A DNA stretch of 64,000 bases from Gammaproteobacteria bacterium (GTDB lineage Bacteria; Pseudomonadota; Gammaproteobacteria; Steroidobacterales; Steroidobacteraceae): assembly GCA_016707425.1 (NCBI GenBank), contig JADJHU010000018.1:11980-75979 (forward strand). The letters run 5' to 3'. Each line of letters starts with the position of its first letter. Position 1 is the first letter of the stretch. Positions 33,943 to 43,806 of the stretch are shown piece after piece. The translations under genes and the position numbers were made by a program. The notes below the pieces were generated by a model. The model worked only from the letters and a program-made list of their open reading frames with translations, did no database searches and was not told the DNA's origin.

Positions 33943-36150
33943 ATGGAATCAATGAACAGAACTCTCGTATCGACCCTGCTCGGCCCCGTAGCGCTGGCGC
34001 TTGCCCATGCTGCATCCGGGCAGGCCCCGGGCGACCCGCCGGGGGAAACCACAGGACTCCAGGAAATCGTCGTGACCGCGCAGAAGCGCGAGCAGAATCT
34101 CCAGGACGTGCCGATCGCGATCTCGGCAATCGCCCCCGATTACATCGAGAAGCACCAGATCACGACGATCACGAGCCTGACCAGCCTCGCTCCCAACCTC
34201 AAGATCGATCCCGCCGGGGCCAATCAGACGACCTCGACGATCGCCATCCGGGGCAATGTCCAGGGAAACCCGCAGCTCTACTTCGAACCTTCGGTCGGCC
34301 TGTATCTCGATGGTGTTTACATCGGCAAGGCTCAGGGTTCGATCTTCGATGTCGCGGACATCGAGAGAATCGAGGTGCTCCGCGGACCGCAGGGCACGCT
34401 CTACGGGCGCAATACCGTCGGCGGCGCCGTAAACATCATCGCGAAGAAGCCGAGCGGGGAGGGGGGGAAGGTCGAAGCGTCCTACGGAAACTTCGACTAC
34501 TGGCGCGTCCGGGGGTCGCTCGATCTGCCGCGCTTCGGCTTCTTCAGTGCCAAGCTCTCCGGGCAGATGGCCGAGCGCGCCGGCTTCTACGATGTGGCCG
34601 GCAACCCCGCGACCGACGAGGCACAGACGCTCGACAGCAAGAGCGTCATGCTGCAGCTGCGGGCGGAGCCGACCGAGGCGCTGGTCCTGGATTACGTGTT
34701 CGACCTGAGCGTGGTGGATCAGCAGGCCGGCTACGGCGCTCCGATCAGCGGCGTGGGCACTCTTGCGCCCTACGTGTTTCCGCGGAAGCGGCCGGAGAAC
34801 GTGAGCTTCAACAGCCCGAATTATGAGTATGCCCGCAATCACGGGCATGCACTCACGGCGGCTCTGCGATTCGGGGATGCCGCCACACTGAAGTCGATCA
34901 CCGCCTATCGCGAGCAGACCTACCACGATGCGCTCGATCTCGATGGTTCGCCGCTTTCACTGGGCTTGTCGTCGCGAGACACGCGTTATCGGCAACTCAG
35001 CCAGGAGTTTCAGCTCTCGGGGCGGGCGGCGCGGCTGAACTATGTCGCGGGGCTCTACTATTTCGAAGACGATGGCTTCGTGTTCAACCCGCAGTCCTTT
35101 TTCAATGGGTTCTCGCGTGTGGATTCGCGCTTTGGATTCACGACCAGGGCGTATGCAGCCTACGCACAGGGTGACTACGAGCTGACCGATTCGCTTACGC
35201 TTACGGCGGGTCTGCGCTACACGGACGAGAGGAAGACCATCGAGCGCTATTTCGCACGCCTCGCTCCGGTGCAGGCGGTCGTGATCAATCTGCCCGATGG
35301 CGCGGCGCCGGATGCGAGCTTCTCCAAGCTGTCGCCAACGGCGACGCTCGCTTACAAGATCAATCCGGACGTGAATGTCTATGCACGCTACGCGCAGGGC
35401 TACCGCAGCGGTGGCTTCAACGGAGTTTCCACAACCGTGGCGGATGTCCTGACACAGTTCCAGCCGCAGACACAGAACAGCTATGAGATCGGGCTGAAGT
35501 CCAGGCTGTTCGACAACCATGCGACGCTCAACGTGGCCGCGTTCTGGGATGAGTCGAAGGACCTGCAGCTCTCGGTGTTCCGCGCCGTCACCTCGGCGGC
35601 CAGCACCGTGGTCAATGCCGGTGCCGCACGCGTTCGCGGGATCGAGATTGAGGCCGGCGCGCGGCCGGTCGAATCCCTGTTCCTGCAGGCGGCGTTCGGC
35701 TATCTCGATGCCGAATACAAGCGGTACATCGACGCGGGCGTGGATGTCGCGGACAACCGCTCTTTTCCGTATGCCCCGAAGTACAGCTTCTCGACGAGCG
35801 TGCAGTGGACGGCGTTGCAGCGTGATTTCGGCAAGCTCGACCTGATCGTCGATCTCAGCAGGCTCTCCGGCTACTACCAGTCCGCCGCCGCACTTCGGCC
35901 GGCCAGCCCCACGGAGATCGATGCGCACAACACGCACAGCCCCGGACGCACGATGCTCGATGCGCGGGCGATCCTGAGCGAGTTCCCGATGGGTGGACTC
36001 AAGGGAGAGCTGTCGCTCTGGGGCCGGAATCTCCTGAACGAGGACGACCCGCAGTTCTTCATTGACTTCGGGGCCAATTTCCAGCGTCTCGCCGTCGCTT
36101 ACTTTCCGGACCCTCGTACCTACGGGATGACCTTGAGCGTGCGTTTCTGA
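33943..36150 (+). CDS. TonB-dependent receptor (TBDR2)
   Basis: 735 aa. Signal peptide, LQEIVVTAQKREQNLQDVPIAISAI, IEVLRGPQGTLYGRNT, and C-terminal ...PRTYGMTLSVRF. Confidence 0.9.
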   Translation: MESMNRTLVSTLLGPVALALAHAASGQAPGDPPGETTGLQEIVVTAQKREQNLQDVPIAISAIAPDYIEKHQITTITSLTSLAPNLKIDPAGANQTTSTIAIRGNVQGNPQLYFEPSVGLYLDGVYIGKAQGSIFDVADIERIEVLRGPQGTLYGRNTVGGAVNIIAKKPSGEGGKVEASYGNFDYWRVRGSLDLPRFGFFSAKLSGQMAERAGFYDVAGNPATDEAQTLDSKSVMLQLRAEPTEALVLDYVFDLSVVDQQAGYGAPISGVGTLAPYVFPRKRPENVSFNSPNYEYARNHGHALTAALRFGDAATLKSITAYREQTYHDALDLDGSPLSLGLSSRDTRYRQLSQEFQLSGRAARLNYVAGLYYFEDDGFVFNPQSFFNGFSRVDSRFGFTTRAYAAYAQGDYELTDSLTLTAGLRYTDERKTIERYFARLAPVQAVVINLPDGAAPDASFSKLSPTATLAYKINPDVNVYARYAQGYRSGGFNGVSTTVADVLTQFQPQTQNSYEIGLKSRLFDNHATLNVAAFWDESKDLQLSVFRAVTSAASTVVNAGAARVRGIEIEAGARPVESLFLQAAFGYLDAEYKRYIDAGVDVADNRSFPYAPKYSFSTSVQWTALQRDFGKLDLIVDLSRLSGYYQSAAALRPASPTEIDAHNTHSPGRTMLDARAILSEFPMGGLKGELSLWGRNLLNEDDPQFFIDFGANFQRLAVAYFPDPRTYGMTLSVRF

Positions 36151-36160
36151 GGAACCTCTC

Positions 36161-37525
36161 ATGATCAGGCGAATGAGGGTGAGCGACCGCCACGTGAGGA
36201 GCCGGGTCGCCGCCCTGGCTGCGCTGATCGCTGTTGCGGCGAGCTCGCAACCGTTGGCGGCTGCGAGTGGCTCTGTGCTGGCCACGAAGGAACAGCTTGC
36301 GGGCGAGGCCCTCGCCCTGCGTGTACTGGCGAGTGCGCCGATGCGCAGACAGATCGAGGTACTGGAGGAGACGTATCGGCAGGACGCGCAGGGATCGACT
36401 CCAGCCGGCGGGGCGACGATCCGGCGGGCGGCGGATTCGGTGGCGGCTGCCGCGGCGTATTATGCGGTGATCGACGACGCGGACCGCCCGGTCTTTCTGT
36501 GGATTGGCAATGCCCCACATCGCTGGTTCGGGATCGAGGCACCGCGCGCAGGCTTCGGCATCGAGAATCCCGACAATGTCTACCGCGAGACGACCGTCGA
36601 CAGCGGGGCGCGATACGAGATCCGCGGCCGGGTGCGGCATCCGGGCCCGGCCGAACTGCACTTCGTGGTGATGGACTCGATTCCGGGGACGACGCCTGTA
36701 AGCGTCGAGGGTGGGCAGATACTCACGACGCTGCGCAGCGATGGGATGAAGATTGCCCCGGACGGCTCGTTCACTGTCACCGTGGATCGCGATCCGGCCG
36801 GCGGCCGCTCCAATCACCTCCAGCTGCCGCGCGAGGGCAAGTACCCGCTGCTCGTACGGGACCTGCTCACGGACTGGACCACACAGAAGCCCGTGGCCCT
36901 CGAGATTCGTCGCGTTGCGGGCCCAGCCCTCGCGCGGCCCCGGACCGAGGCCGAGGTGGCCCGGCGCGCCGCGGAGCTGCTGTCGCTGATCGGACCGTAC
37001 TGGGTAGCCTACGACAACCGCTTCGTCTATTCGAAGCCCCGCAATCAGGTCGCTGCGCCTCGTCATCGGCCCGGCGGCCGGGGCTTCTCCAGCAGTGGTC
37101 ATTTCGAGCTCGGCAGCGATGAGGCGCTCGTCGTGACGGTCGATCCACTCGGGGCCCGATCGCTCGGCTTTCAGCTCACCGACCCATGGGGGGTGGCTCT
37201 GGAGTACATCGGGCGGACGAGCAGTCTCAACAATGCCCAGGCGGCGGCGAACCCGGATGGCACGATCACGTTCGTCGTGACGGCCAGCGATCCGGGGGTC
37301 TACAACTGGCTCGACACCGATGCACTTGGATCGGGGATGTTCGCGATCCGCTGGCAGGCGCTGCCCGAGGGTACGAGCGGTGAACGGGCGGTGCGTGACG
37401 CACGAGTCGTGAAGCGCACGCAGCTGGAGGAGGCGCTGCCGGCGGGAACGAGATTCGTCACGCCCGCGCAACGGCGCGCGCAACAGGCCGCGCGGGCACG
37501 GGGCTATGCGCGGCGGCTCGAATGA
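36161..37525 (+). CDS. Unplaced family protein DUFx-2 (Sec-type leader, divergent copy)
   Basis: 454 aa. Leader RVAALAALIAVAASSQPLAAAS. Shares DEALVVTV, DPGVYNWLD, IRW and VTPAQR blocks with the other copies. Confidence 0.7.
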   Translation: MIRRMRVSDRHVRSRVAALAALIAVAASSQPLAAASGSVLATKEQLAGEALALRVLASAPMRRQIEVLEETYRQDAQGSTPAGGATIRRAADSVAAAAAYYAVIDDADRPVFLWIGNAPHRWFGIEAPRAGFGIENPDNVYRETTVDSGARYEIRGRVRHPGPAELHFVVMDSIPGTTPVSVEGGQILTTLRSDGMKIAPDGSFTVTVDRDPAGGRSNHLQLPREGKYPLLVRDLLTDWTTQKPVALEIRRVAGPALARPRTEAEVARRAAELLSLIGPYWVAYDNRFVYSKPRNQVAAPRHRPGGRGFSSSGHFELGSDEALVVTVDPLGARSLGFQLTDPWGVALEYIGRTSSLNNAQAAANPDGTITFVVTASDPGVYNWLDTDALGSGMFAIRWQALPEGTSGERAVRDARVVKRTQLEEALPAGTRFVTPAQRRAQQAARARGYARRLE

Positions 37526-37609
37526 GGCCGGGGTCGCAGGGCTGGTGAGCCGGGGCCGCGGGCGGTGTGGCTGCTATGATCCAGCACGCTCCATGGATGT
37601 CGCCTGCCA

Positions 37610-38213
37610 ATGACCTGCCCGAAGCCACCGACTGCCCGCACGCTGCAGCGCCAGGATACTTTCAGCCGCGTCTACGAGGCGGCGCTGAGCGAGTTCAGGA
37701 GGGTCGGGGTCGAGCAGGCGACCGTGAGCGAGATCTGCCGGCGGGCCGGCGTTGCCAAGGGCACGTTCTTTTTTCATTTCCCCACGAAGGATCACGTGCT
37801 GCTGGCAAGACAGCAGCGGATCTCGGAGGCGATGGCAGAGAGGATCAGTGCGGAGCTCCAGGACGTTCCCGACGCGCGGGCGTTCCTGCAGCGCCTGACC
37901 AAAATCGTCATGGAGGAGCATCAGGCTGTCGGCGATGTCGAGCTCGTGCGCCAGATCAACCTGGCTATCGTCCGCCTGGGGGGTCCCGCGGCTCGGCGTG
38001 GGACACACCGCCTTTGGCGTGGCGCTTGCGAGACAGATCGGCCGGCTCCAGCGGGAGGGAGTGATCCGCTCGGGTGTGAATGCGGCGAGACTCGCCGACT
38101 GCCTGCGGCTCAGCTTCTTCGGGTTTCTGCTCAATCCTCAGTCCTCCTTCGAGACGAGCCGCCGGCAGCTCGCGCTCCTGACGAAACTCCTGGCCGAGGC
38201 TCTCGTCACCTGA
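37610..38213 (+). pseudogene. TetR/AcrR family regulator, +1 frameshift at or near a G6 run (37978-37983)
   Basis: The N-terminal HTH (FSRVYEAALSEFRRVGVEQATVSEICRRAGVAKGTFFFHFPTKDHVL) is in the frame of track ORF 37610. A plausible helical C-terminus (HTAFGVALARQIGRLQREGVIRSGVNAARLADCLRLSFFGFLLNP...) is in the frame of track ORF 37935. The in-frame tail of ORF 37610 is Arg/Pro/Gly junk. Confidence 0.7.
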
Positions 38214-38263
38214 GCCATCCGAAACTCATTGACCGCGGTCAGTCAAGCGCATAGGATGCCCGC

Positions 38264-39439
38264 ATGGACTTCGAGTTCTCTCGTGACGAGCAGTCCTTCC
38301 TGCGGGAGGTGGATGGATTCCTCAGGGCGAACCACGATCCGCGGGTGATGGATCCCGGTCGGGAGAATCTGGCACAGCTGGTGGATACGCCTGAGCGGCG
38401 TACCTTCATGAAGCGACTGGCGGGGCAGGGCTGGCTCGGCATCACCTGGCCGAAGGAGCTCGGCGGCCAGGGCGGGCGGGGATTCTACGAATACCTGCTG
38501 AACGAGAAACTTTCCTCGGTCGGTGCGCCACAGCTCGGCAAGGGCACAGGCGTGGTCGGGAAGACTCTCATCAAAGTCGCGTCGGGGAAACTGGCGGGAG
38601 TTCTCCCCAGGATCCTGAATGCCGAGATCGAATTCGCCATCGGCTACTTCGAGCCGTCGGCCGGCTCGATGCGGCCGCCATGCGTCTCGGCCGAGCGCGC
38701 GGGCGAAGGTTGGGTGCTGAACGGGCAAAAGGTCTTCACGACCTCGGCGCACTTCGCGGACTGGTATTGGGTGGGGGCTCGCACCGATCCGGATGCGCCG
38801 AAGCACCACGGCATTTCGCTCTTTCTGGTATCCATGGACCATCCAGGACTCACGATCCACCCGATGCATACCATCGGTGGTGAACGGACGAATGCGGTCT
38901 TCTTCGACGATGTCTTCGTGCATGACGATTACCGGGTCGGGGAACTGAACAAGGGGTTCCAGTACATTGCCGAAGCGCTCGACCTGGAGCGCTTCGGCAT
39001 GTTCACCTTCTCGCCGATCCGCGCGCGCGTCGAGCTGCTGTGTGATTTCGTGAAGAGCGGACAGCGCGACGGCAAATCCCTGAAGGACGACGCGATCATC
39101 CGGCAGAGAGTGGCTCAGCTCGCGACCGAGTGCGAAGTGGCGCGTCTTCTCGGTGTGCGCTTCGTCGATGCGGCACTCGATGCGAACAGGACGCCCACCA
39201 TCCAGGCGTCCGAGTACAAGCTCTACGCGACGGAATTTTCCCGCCGTCTGGCCGATGCGACGATGGAGATCGTGGGCGTCGGCAGCCAGCTGCTGGCCGG
39301 CGCACCGGACGCGCCGCTCTCGGGTCGTGCTCCGGGCAGCTATACGCTCACGGTGCTCGAGACGATCGGTGGAGGCACCTCCGAGGTGCAGAAGAACATC
39401 ATTGCGACGCGCAAGCATGGCTTGCCGAAGAATTTCTGA
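38264..39439 (+). CDS. Acyl-CoA dehydrogenase family protein
   Basis: 391 aa. GWLGITWPKELGGQG, LNGQKVFTTSA and ETIGGGTSEVQKNIIA. A short out-of-frame-looking patch is described under findings. Confidence 0.85.
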   Translation: MDFEFSRDEQSFLREVDGFLRANHDPRVMDPGRENLAQLVDTPERRTFMKRLAGQGWLGITWPKELGGQGGRGFYEYLLNEKLSSVGAPQLGKGTGVVGKTLIKVASGKLAGVLPRILNAEIEFAIGYFEPSAGSMRPPCVSAERAGEGWVLNGQKVFTTSAHFADWYWVGARTDPDAPKHHGISLFLVSMDHPGLTIHPMHTIGGERTNAVFFDDVFVHDDYRVGELNKGFQYIAEALDLERFGMFTFSPIRARVELLCDFVKSGQRDGKSLKDDAIIRQRVAQLATECEVARLLGVRFVDAALDANRTPTIQASEYKLYATEFSRRLADATMEIVGVGSQLLAGAPDAPLSGRAPGSYTLTVLETIGGGTSEVQKNIIATRKHGLPKNF

Positions 39440-39462
39440 CTCACAGGAGTGTCGATCCAGCC

Positions 39463-40488
39463 ATGAAGGTCTACACCACGGCCCCCCTCGAGGACCCGCG
39501 TCAGGCACGTACGATCTATCCGGAGCTCGAGAGGATCGGTTACGACGGAGTGTTCTCCTTCGAGGCGAAGCACGATCCCTTCGTGCCGCTGGCCGTCGCC
39601 GCCGAGCACACGCAGAAGCTGCGCCTCGGCACGGGCATCGCGATTGCCTTTGCCCGGAATCCCATGAACCTCGCCAATCTGGGCTACGACCTGCAGTCGA
39701 TCACCGGCGGGCGCTTCGTGCTCGGGCTCGGCTCCCAGGTGAAGCCTCACATCGAGAAGCGGTTCAGCTCCGTGTGGTCGCATCCGGCCGAGCGCATGCG
39801 CGAGATCGTGCTCGCCATCAAGGCGATCTGGAGCTGCTGGGAGGGTCGGTCAGAGCTGAACTTCCGCGGCCGGTTCTACACGCACACGATCATGATCCCG
39901 GCCTTCAATCCGGGACCCAATCCCTTCGGGCCGCCGCCCATTCTCACCGGTGGATTCGGCCCGATGATGACCGCCGTGGCCGGTGAGGCGGCCGACGGCT
40001 TCATTGCCCATCCCTTCAATACCCGGCGCTCGCTTCTCGAGAACACGCTGCCGGCGCTCGAGGCGGGACTCGCGAAATCCGGGCGCCAGCGCGCCGACCT
40101 CGAGGTGATCTGCGCGACGCTCGTGGTCACTGCCGCAACCGAGGAGGCGCTCGAAGCCTCAAAGCTCGCCGCACGCAAGCAGCTCGCCTTCTATGGATCG
40201 ACGCCCGCCTATCGACCGACGCTGGCCTGCCACGGGTGGGAAGGCATTCACGGGGAACTGAACCGCCTGTCGAAGGCCGGACGCTGGGACGACATGACGA
40301 GTCTCATCACCGATGACATCCTGAACGAGATCGCGGTGGTCGGCGAACCACACACCATTGCCACGAAGCTGCAGGCGCGCCTCGAGGGGATCGCGGACGG
40401 GGTCAGTCTCACGCACAACCGGTGCCCGGATCCGGGCCATTGGGCCGGTGTCGTCCAGGATCTCAGGAAGCATCGGAAGCCGCGATGA
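39463..40488 (+). CDS. Luciferase-like (LLM) oxidoreductase, probably F420-dependent (MSMEG_2256-like)
   Basis: Start trimmed to MKVYTTAPLED.... ERIGYDGVFSFEAKHDPF, GRFVLGLGSQVKPHIEKRF and EAADGFIAHPF. Confidence 0.8.
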   Translation: MKVYTTAPLEDPRQARTIYPELERIGYDGVFSFEAKHDPFVPLAVAAEHTQKLRLGTGIAIAFARNPMNLANLGYDLQSITGGRFVLGLGSQVKPHIEKRFSSVWSHPAERMREIVLAIKAIWSCWEGRSELNFRGRFYTHTIMIPAFNPGPNPFGPPPILTGGFGPMMTAVAGEAADGFIAHPFNTRRSLLENTLPALEAGLAKSGRQRADLEVICATLVVTAATEEALEASKLAARKQLAFYGSTPAYRPTLACHGWEGIHGELNRLSKAGRWDDMTSLITDDILNEIAVVGEPHTIATKLQARLEGIADGVSLTHNRCPDPGHWAGVVQDLRKHRKPR

Positions 40489-41672
40489 GCGACGATCATG
40501 AGAGAGTACTTCGGCGTGCGTGGGAGAGCTTCTGCGACGAGCTGAAGCGCGCGGTGGATATTCCGCTCCGCGCGCCCGTCCCGGCGCAGGTCGCGACGCG
40601 TGCCGCGGGCTTCGAAGCGCTGGCGCGCAACATCTCTCTTGCACTGAATTTCCATCACGACTACGCGGATCCCCGGTATCCCGAGCTGATTCACTACTTC
40701 GATCCCGTACGGAAGCAGGGCGGTGACAACACCGATGCGGTCTACGTCGGTGCGACCATCAATGGCACCGACACTTATCGGATCAGCGGCGATCGCGGTA
40801 CCGCGCGCTTCTTCGGGATCACTTCGGTCGAGCGCGGCCAGACGCCCTGGGGCGGCAAGGTCGCCCACACTCTTTTCGGCCGCGATCTCGAGGTCGGGCC
40901 GGACGGCTGCTTCGAACTCATTTGCAGCCCGACGCCGCATCCGGGCAACTGGCTGAGGACGACGCCTGAGACCTTCCGGATCACTTTTCGTCAGTTCTTC
41001 GCCGACTGGGAGCACGAACGGCCGATGAAGGCGCGCATCGACCGTCTGACGGGCGACATGAGCCCGCCGGCACCGATCACGCCCGAGAGGCTGGCCGAGC
41101 AGCTGCAGGCCTCGGCGCGATGGGTGGGAGAGTCGCTCGCGTTCTGGGTCCGCATGATCAACATGTGGAAGGTCATGCCGAACACCTTCCGGTCCTACAA
41201 GCAGCTCGCGGACCAGGCCATCGACGCCACGCCTGGCGGCGAACCGATGATTGCCTACTGGGCGCTGCCACCGGACGAAGCGCTGATCGTGCGTGTGCGC
41301 CCGCCCGCCTGTCCGTACTGGGCGGTCGAGTTCGGTAATTTCTGGTGGACGAGCATGGACTATCGCTACCGGCTCTCGAACACGAACTGTCATTATGCCG
41401 AGCTCGAGGACGACGGTGAGCTGATCGTGGTGATCGCCCACGAGGACCCTGGCCTGCCGAACTGGCTCGAGACATCGGGTTTCGCCGAAGGCTACGTCAC
41501 CTACCGCTGGATGCGGGCGGAGAGCTGCCCGGAGCCGAAGGCCACGCAGGTCAAGACGGCGGAGCTGTTCAGATACCTGCCGCAGAACGCCAGGCGCATC
41601 ACCCCGGAGGCGCGGTGCGAGCAGCTCGCGGCCCGTCGTCGTGGCGTCATCAACCGCTTCGGCAATCTCTGA
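40485..41672 (+). CDS. Unplaced family protein DUFx-3 (no leader, cytoplasmic copy)
   Basis: ATGA overlap with the LLM stop. MSDDHERVLRRAWESF... has no signal peptide. Closest paralogue of DUFx-1 (shared HYFDP, RKQGGDN, GDRGTARFF, PHPGNWL, RQFFADWE, ALIVRVRPP, DYRYRLS, DPGLPNWL, RRITPE). Confidence 0.75.
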   Translation: MSDDHERVLRRAWESFCDELKRAVDIPLRAPVPAQVATRAAGFEALARNISLALNFHHDYADPRYPELIHYFDPVRKQGGDNTDAVYVGATINGTDTYRISGDRGTARFFGITSVERGQTPWGGKVAHTLFGRDLEVGPDGCFELICSPTPHPGNWLRTTPETFRITFRQFFADWEHERPMKARIDRLTGDMSPPAPITPERLAEQLQASARWVGESLAFWVRMINMWKVMPNTFRSYKQLADQAIDATPGGEPMIAYWALPPDEALIVRVRPPACPYWAVEFGNFWWTSMDYRYRLSNTNCHYAELEDDGELIVVIAHEDPGLPNWLETSGFAEGYVTYRWMRAESCPEPKATQVKTAELFRYLPQNARRITPEARCEQLAARRRGVINRFGNL

Positions 41673-41692
41673 GGCCGCACGAGGAGAGGCGC

Positions 41693-42952
41693 ATGGCACA
41701 GGAGCGGAACGGAGCGTGGACGCCACCGCCGCGACCGGAGTGGGTCGCCCGCGTCAACGAGGAAGGGCGCAGCATGGACATCGCGAGCCTGGTGCCGCTG
41801 CAGCCGGGCGAGCTTCTCGAGACGGCGATGCGCAACACGGGCCTCTCGGACTTCGGCTCCGGCGAGTGGCGCGAGCCCTTCGAGGTTCTGGTGAAATCGC
41901 TCGAGGAGGAGGCGGAGCTCAACCTCTTCGGACGGCTGATGACGCGCAGCGATCTGCTCATCTGGCTGCAGGAGCGGCTGGAGATCGAGGAGGCATACCG
42001 TCGCCATCCGGAGATCGATGCGGAAGTGCTCGCAGAGCCCGTCTTCATCGTCGGACAGCCCCGCTCCGGCACCTCGATCCTCTTCGAGCTGCTGTCCCAG
42101 GATGCGCAATTCGGCGTGCCGACGAACTGGGAGATCATGTTTCCGTGCCCACCGCCGGAAGCCGCGACCTACCGGACCGACCCGCGGATCGCCAGGGCGG
42201 AGCATCTGCTCACGCAGTGGTATCGGGTTGCGCCGACCTTTCGCACCATGCACGAGCTTGGGGCCACGATCCCCAACGAATGCAAGGTGGCGATGAACTG
42301 CACTTTCGTCAGTGACAACCTCACGGGGATTTTCCAGGTGCCGGGCTACTATGCCTGGCTGATGAAGGCGGACCTGACCTACCCGTACGCCTACTACCGG
42401 CGCATGCTGAAACTCCTGCAATGGCGCAACCCCCGCCGCTACTGGCTCCTCAAGTCGCCGTCGCACATCTGGAGCCTGCCGACGCTGTTCAAGGTCTTCC
42501 CGGATGCCCGCGTGATCTACACTCATCGCGATCCGATTGTGACCCGGGCCTCGGTCACCAATCTGCTCGGCACGATCTACTGGATGCGCAGTGACAAGGT
42601 CTTCGACGCGGAGGCTTTCGAACGCGTGCTCGAGCCGGAGGGCGTCGCAGCCGGGATGAACCTGGTGATCGATCAGATCGAGAAGGGCGAGATCCCGCGT
42701 GCACGGATTCACGACTTCCAGTTCGCGGATCTCATCGAGCGGCCGATCGAGGCGGTGCGTTCGCTCTACGACCGCGCCGGACTGCAGTGGACCGCCGCAG
42801 CGCAGGCCGGCATGGAGGCTTACCTCGCACACAAGCCGAAGGGAAAGTTCGGTGCGCACCGCTACGAGGTGAGCGACGGTGCGCAGATCGAGCGCGAGCG
42901 CCGGCTCTATGCGCGCTACCAGCGATTTCACGGCGTTCGGAACGAAGTCTGA
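41693..42952 (+). CDS. Sulfotransferase family protein (cytoplasmic, about 419 aa), copy 2
   Basis: Start trimmed to MAQERNGAW after GAGGAGAGG. GQPRSGTSILF and YTHRDP motifs. Co-linear with copy 1 (shared NTGLSDFG, LLQWR, LKSP/CPQH blocks). Confidence 0.8.
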   Translation: MAQERNGAWTPPPRPEWVARVNEEGRSMDIASLVPLQPGELLETAMRNTGLSDFGSGEWREPFEVLVKSLEEEAELNLFGRLMTRSDLLIWLQERLEIEEAYRRHPEIDAEVLAEPVFIVGQPRSGTSILFELLSQDAQFGVPTNWEIMFPCPPPEAATYRTDPRIARAEHLLTQWYRVAPTFRTMHELGATIPNECKVAMNCTFVSDNLTGIFQVPGYYAWLMKADLTYPYAYYRRMLKLLQWRNPRRYWLLKSPSHIWSLPTLFKVFPDARVIYTHRDPIVTRASVTNLLGTIYWMRSDKVFDAEAFERVLEPEGVAAGMNLVIDQIEKGEIPRARIHDFQFADLIERPIEAVRSLYDRAGLQWTAAAQAGMEAYLAHKPKGKFGAHRYEVSDGAQIERERRLYARYQRFHGVRNEV

Positions 42953-42978
42953 TCCCGGATGAACAGAGGAGCGAAGGC

Positions 42979-43806
42979 ATGGATCTCGGACTGAAGGGCA
43001 AGACCGTCGTCATTACCGGCGGGAGCGGTGGGATCGGTCAGGGTCTGGTGATGGAGTTCGCACGCGAAGGGGCGAACGTGGTCTCTGCATCACGCGACAT
43101 GAAAGTAGGCGAGAAGCTTGCGGCCCTGGCGCGGGAACAGGGCTTCGCGGGCAGCGTGCTGCCGGTGTCGACCGATGTCACGAAGCGCGCGAGCGTGGAC
43201 GCCATGATCGCACAAGCGCAGCAGCGCTTCGGGCCTGTGGACGCGCTGGTCAACAACGCGGGGGGCGTCAAACGCAGCTGCGCCTTCGAGGAACTCGACG
43301 ACGAGACGCGCCGCTGGGAGCTCGCCCTTAATATCGATGGCGTCGTCAACTGCACACTCGCTGTCGCCCAGGACATGCTCTCGCGAGGCAGGGGGAGCGT
43401 CGTCAACATTTCCTCGAACTCCTCTCTTCTCGGGGAGGCAGCCCAGCAGGTGGTGCACTACGGCTCGACCAAGGGTTTCGTGAACAGTTTCTCGAAGGCG
43501 CTCGCCTACGAGTGGGGCCCAAAGGGCGTGCGCGTGAACACGATCGCCCCCGGCTGGATCGTGCCGCACCGGGACGAGGACATTTCGGCAGGCAGCTTCT
43601 GGAACCGGCTGGAATTCGTCGGCACACCCGAGGGGATGCAGAAGGCGCTCGAGGCCGGGACGCTGCCGAACATGAGCCATCTGCCGATCAAGCGGCTCGG
43701 GCGCCCCGAGGAGGTGGCCCATCTCGCCATGTTCCTCGCCTCCGAGATCTCGGGCTACATCACGGGTCAGCTGATTTCCATCAGTGGTGGGGTGTACATG
43801 CCATGA
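42979..43806 (+). CDS. SDR family oxidoreductase
   Basis: Start trimmed to MDLGLKGKTVVITGGSGGIGQG. NNAGG and YGSTKGF. Confidence 0.85.
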   Translation: MDLGLKGKTVVITGGSGGIGQGLVMEFAREGANVVSASRDMKVGEKLAALAREQGFAGSVLPVSTDVTKRASVDAMIAQAQQRFGPVDALVNNAGGVKRSCAFEELDDETRRWELALNIDGVVNCTLAVAQDMLSRGRGSVVNISSNSSLLGEAAQQVVHYGSTKGFVNSFSKALAYEWGPKGVRVNTIAPGWIVPHRDEDISAGSFWNRLEFVGTPEGMQKALEAGTLPNMSHLPIKRLGRPEEVAHLAMFLASEISGYITGQLISISGGVYMP

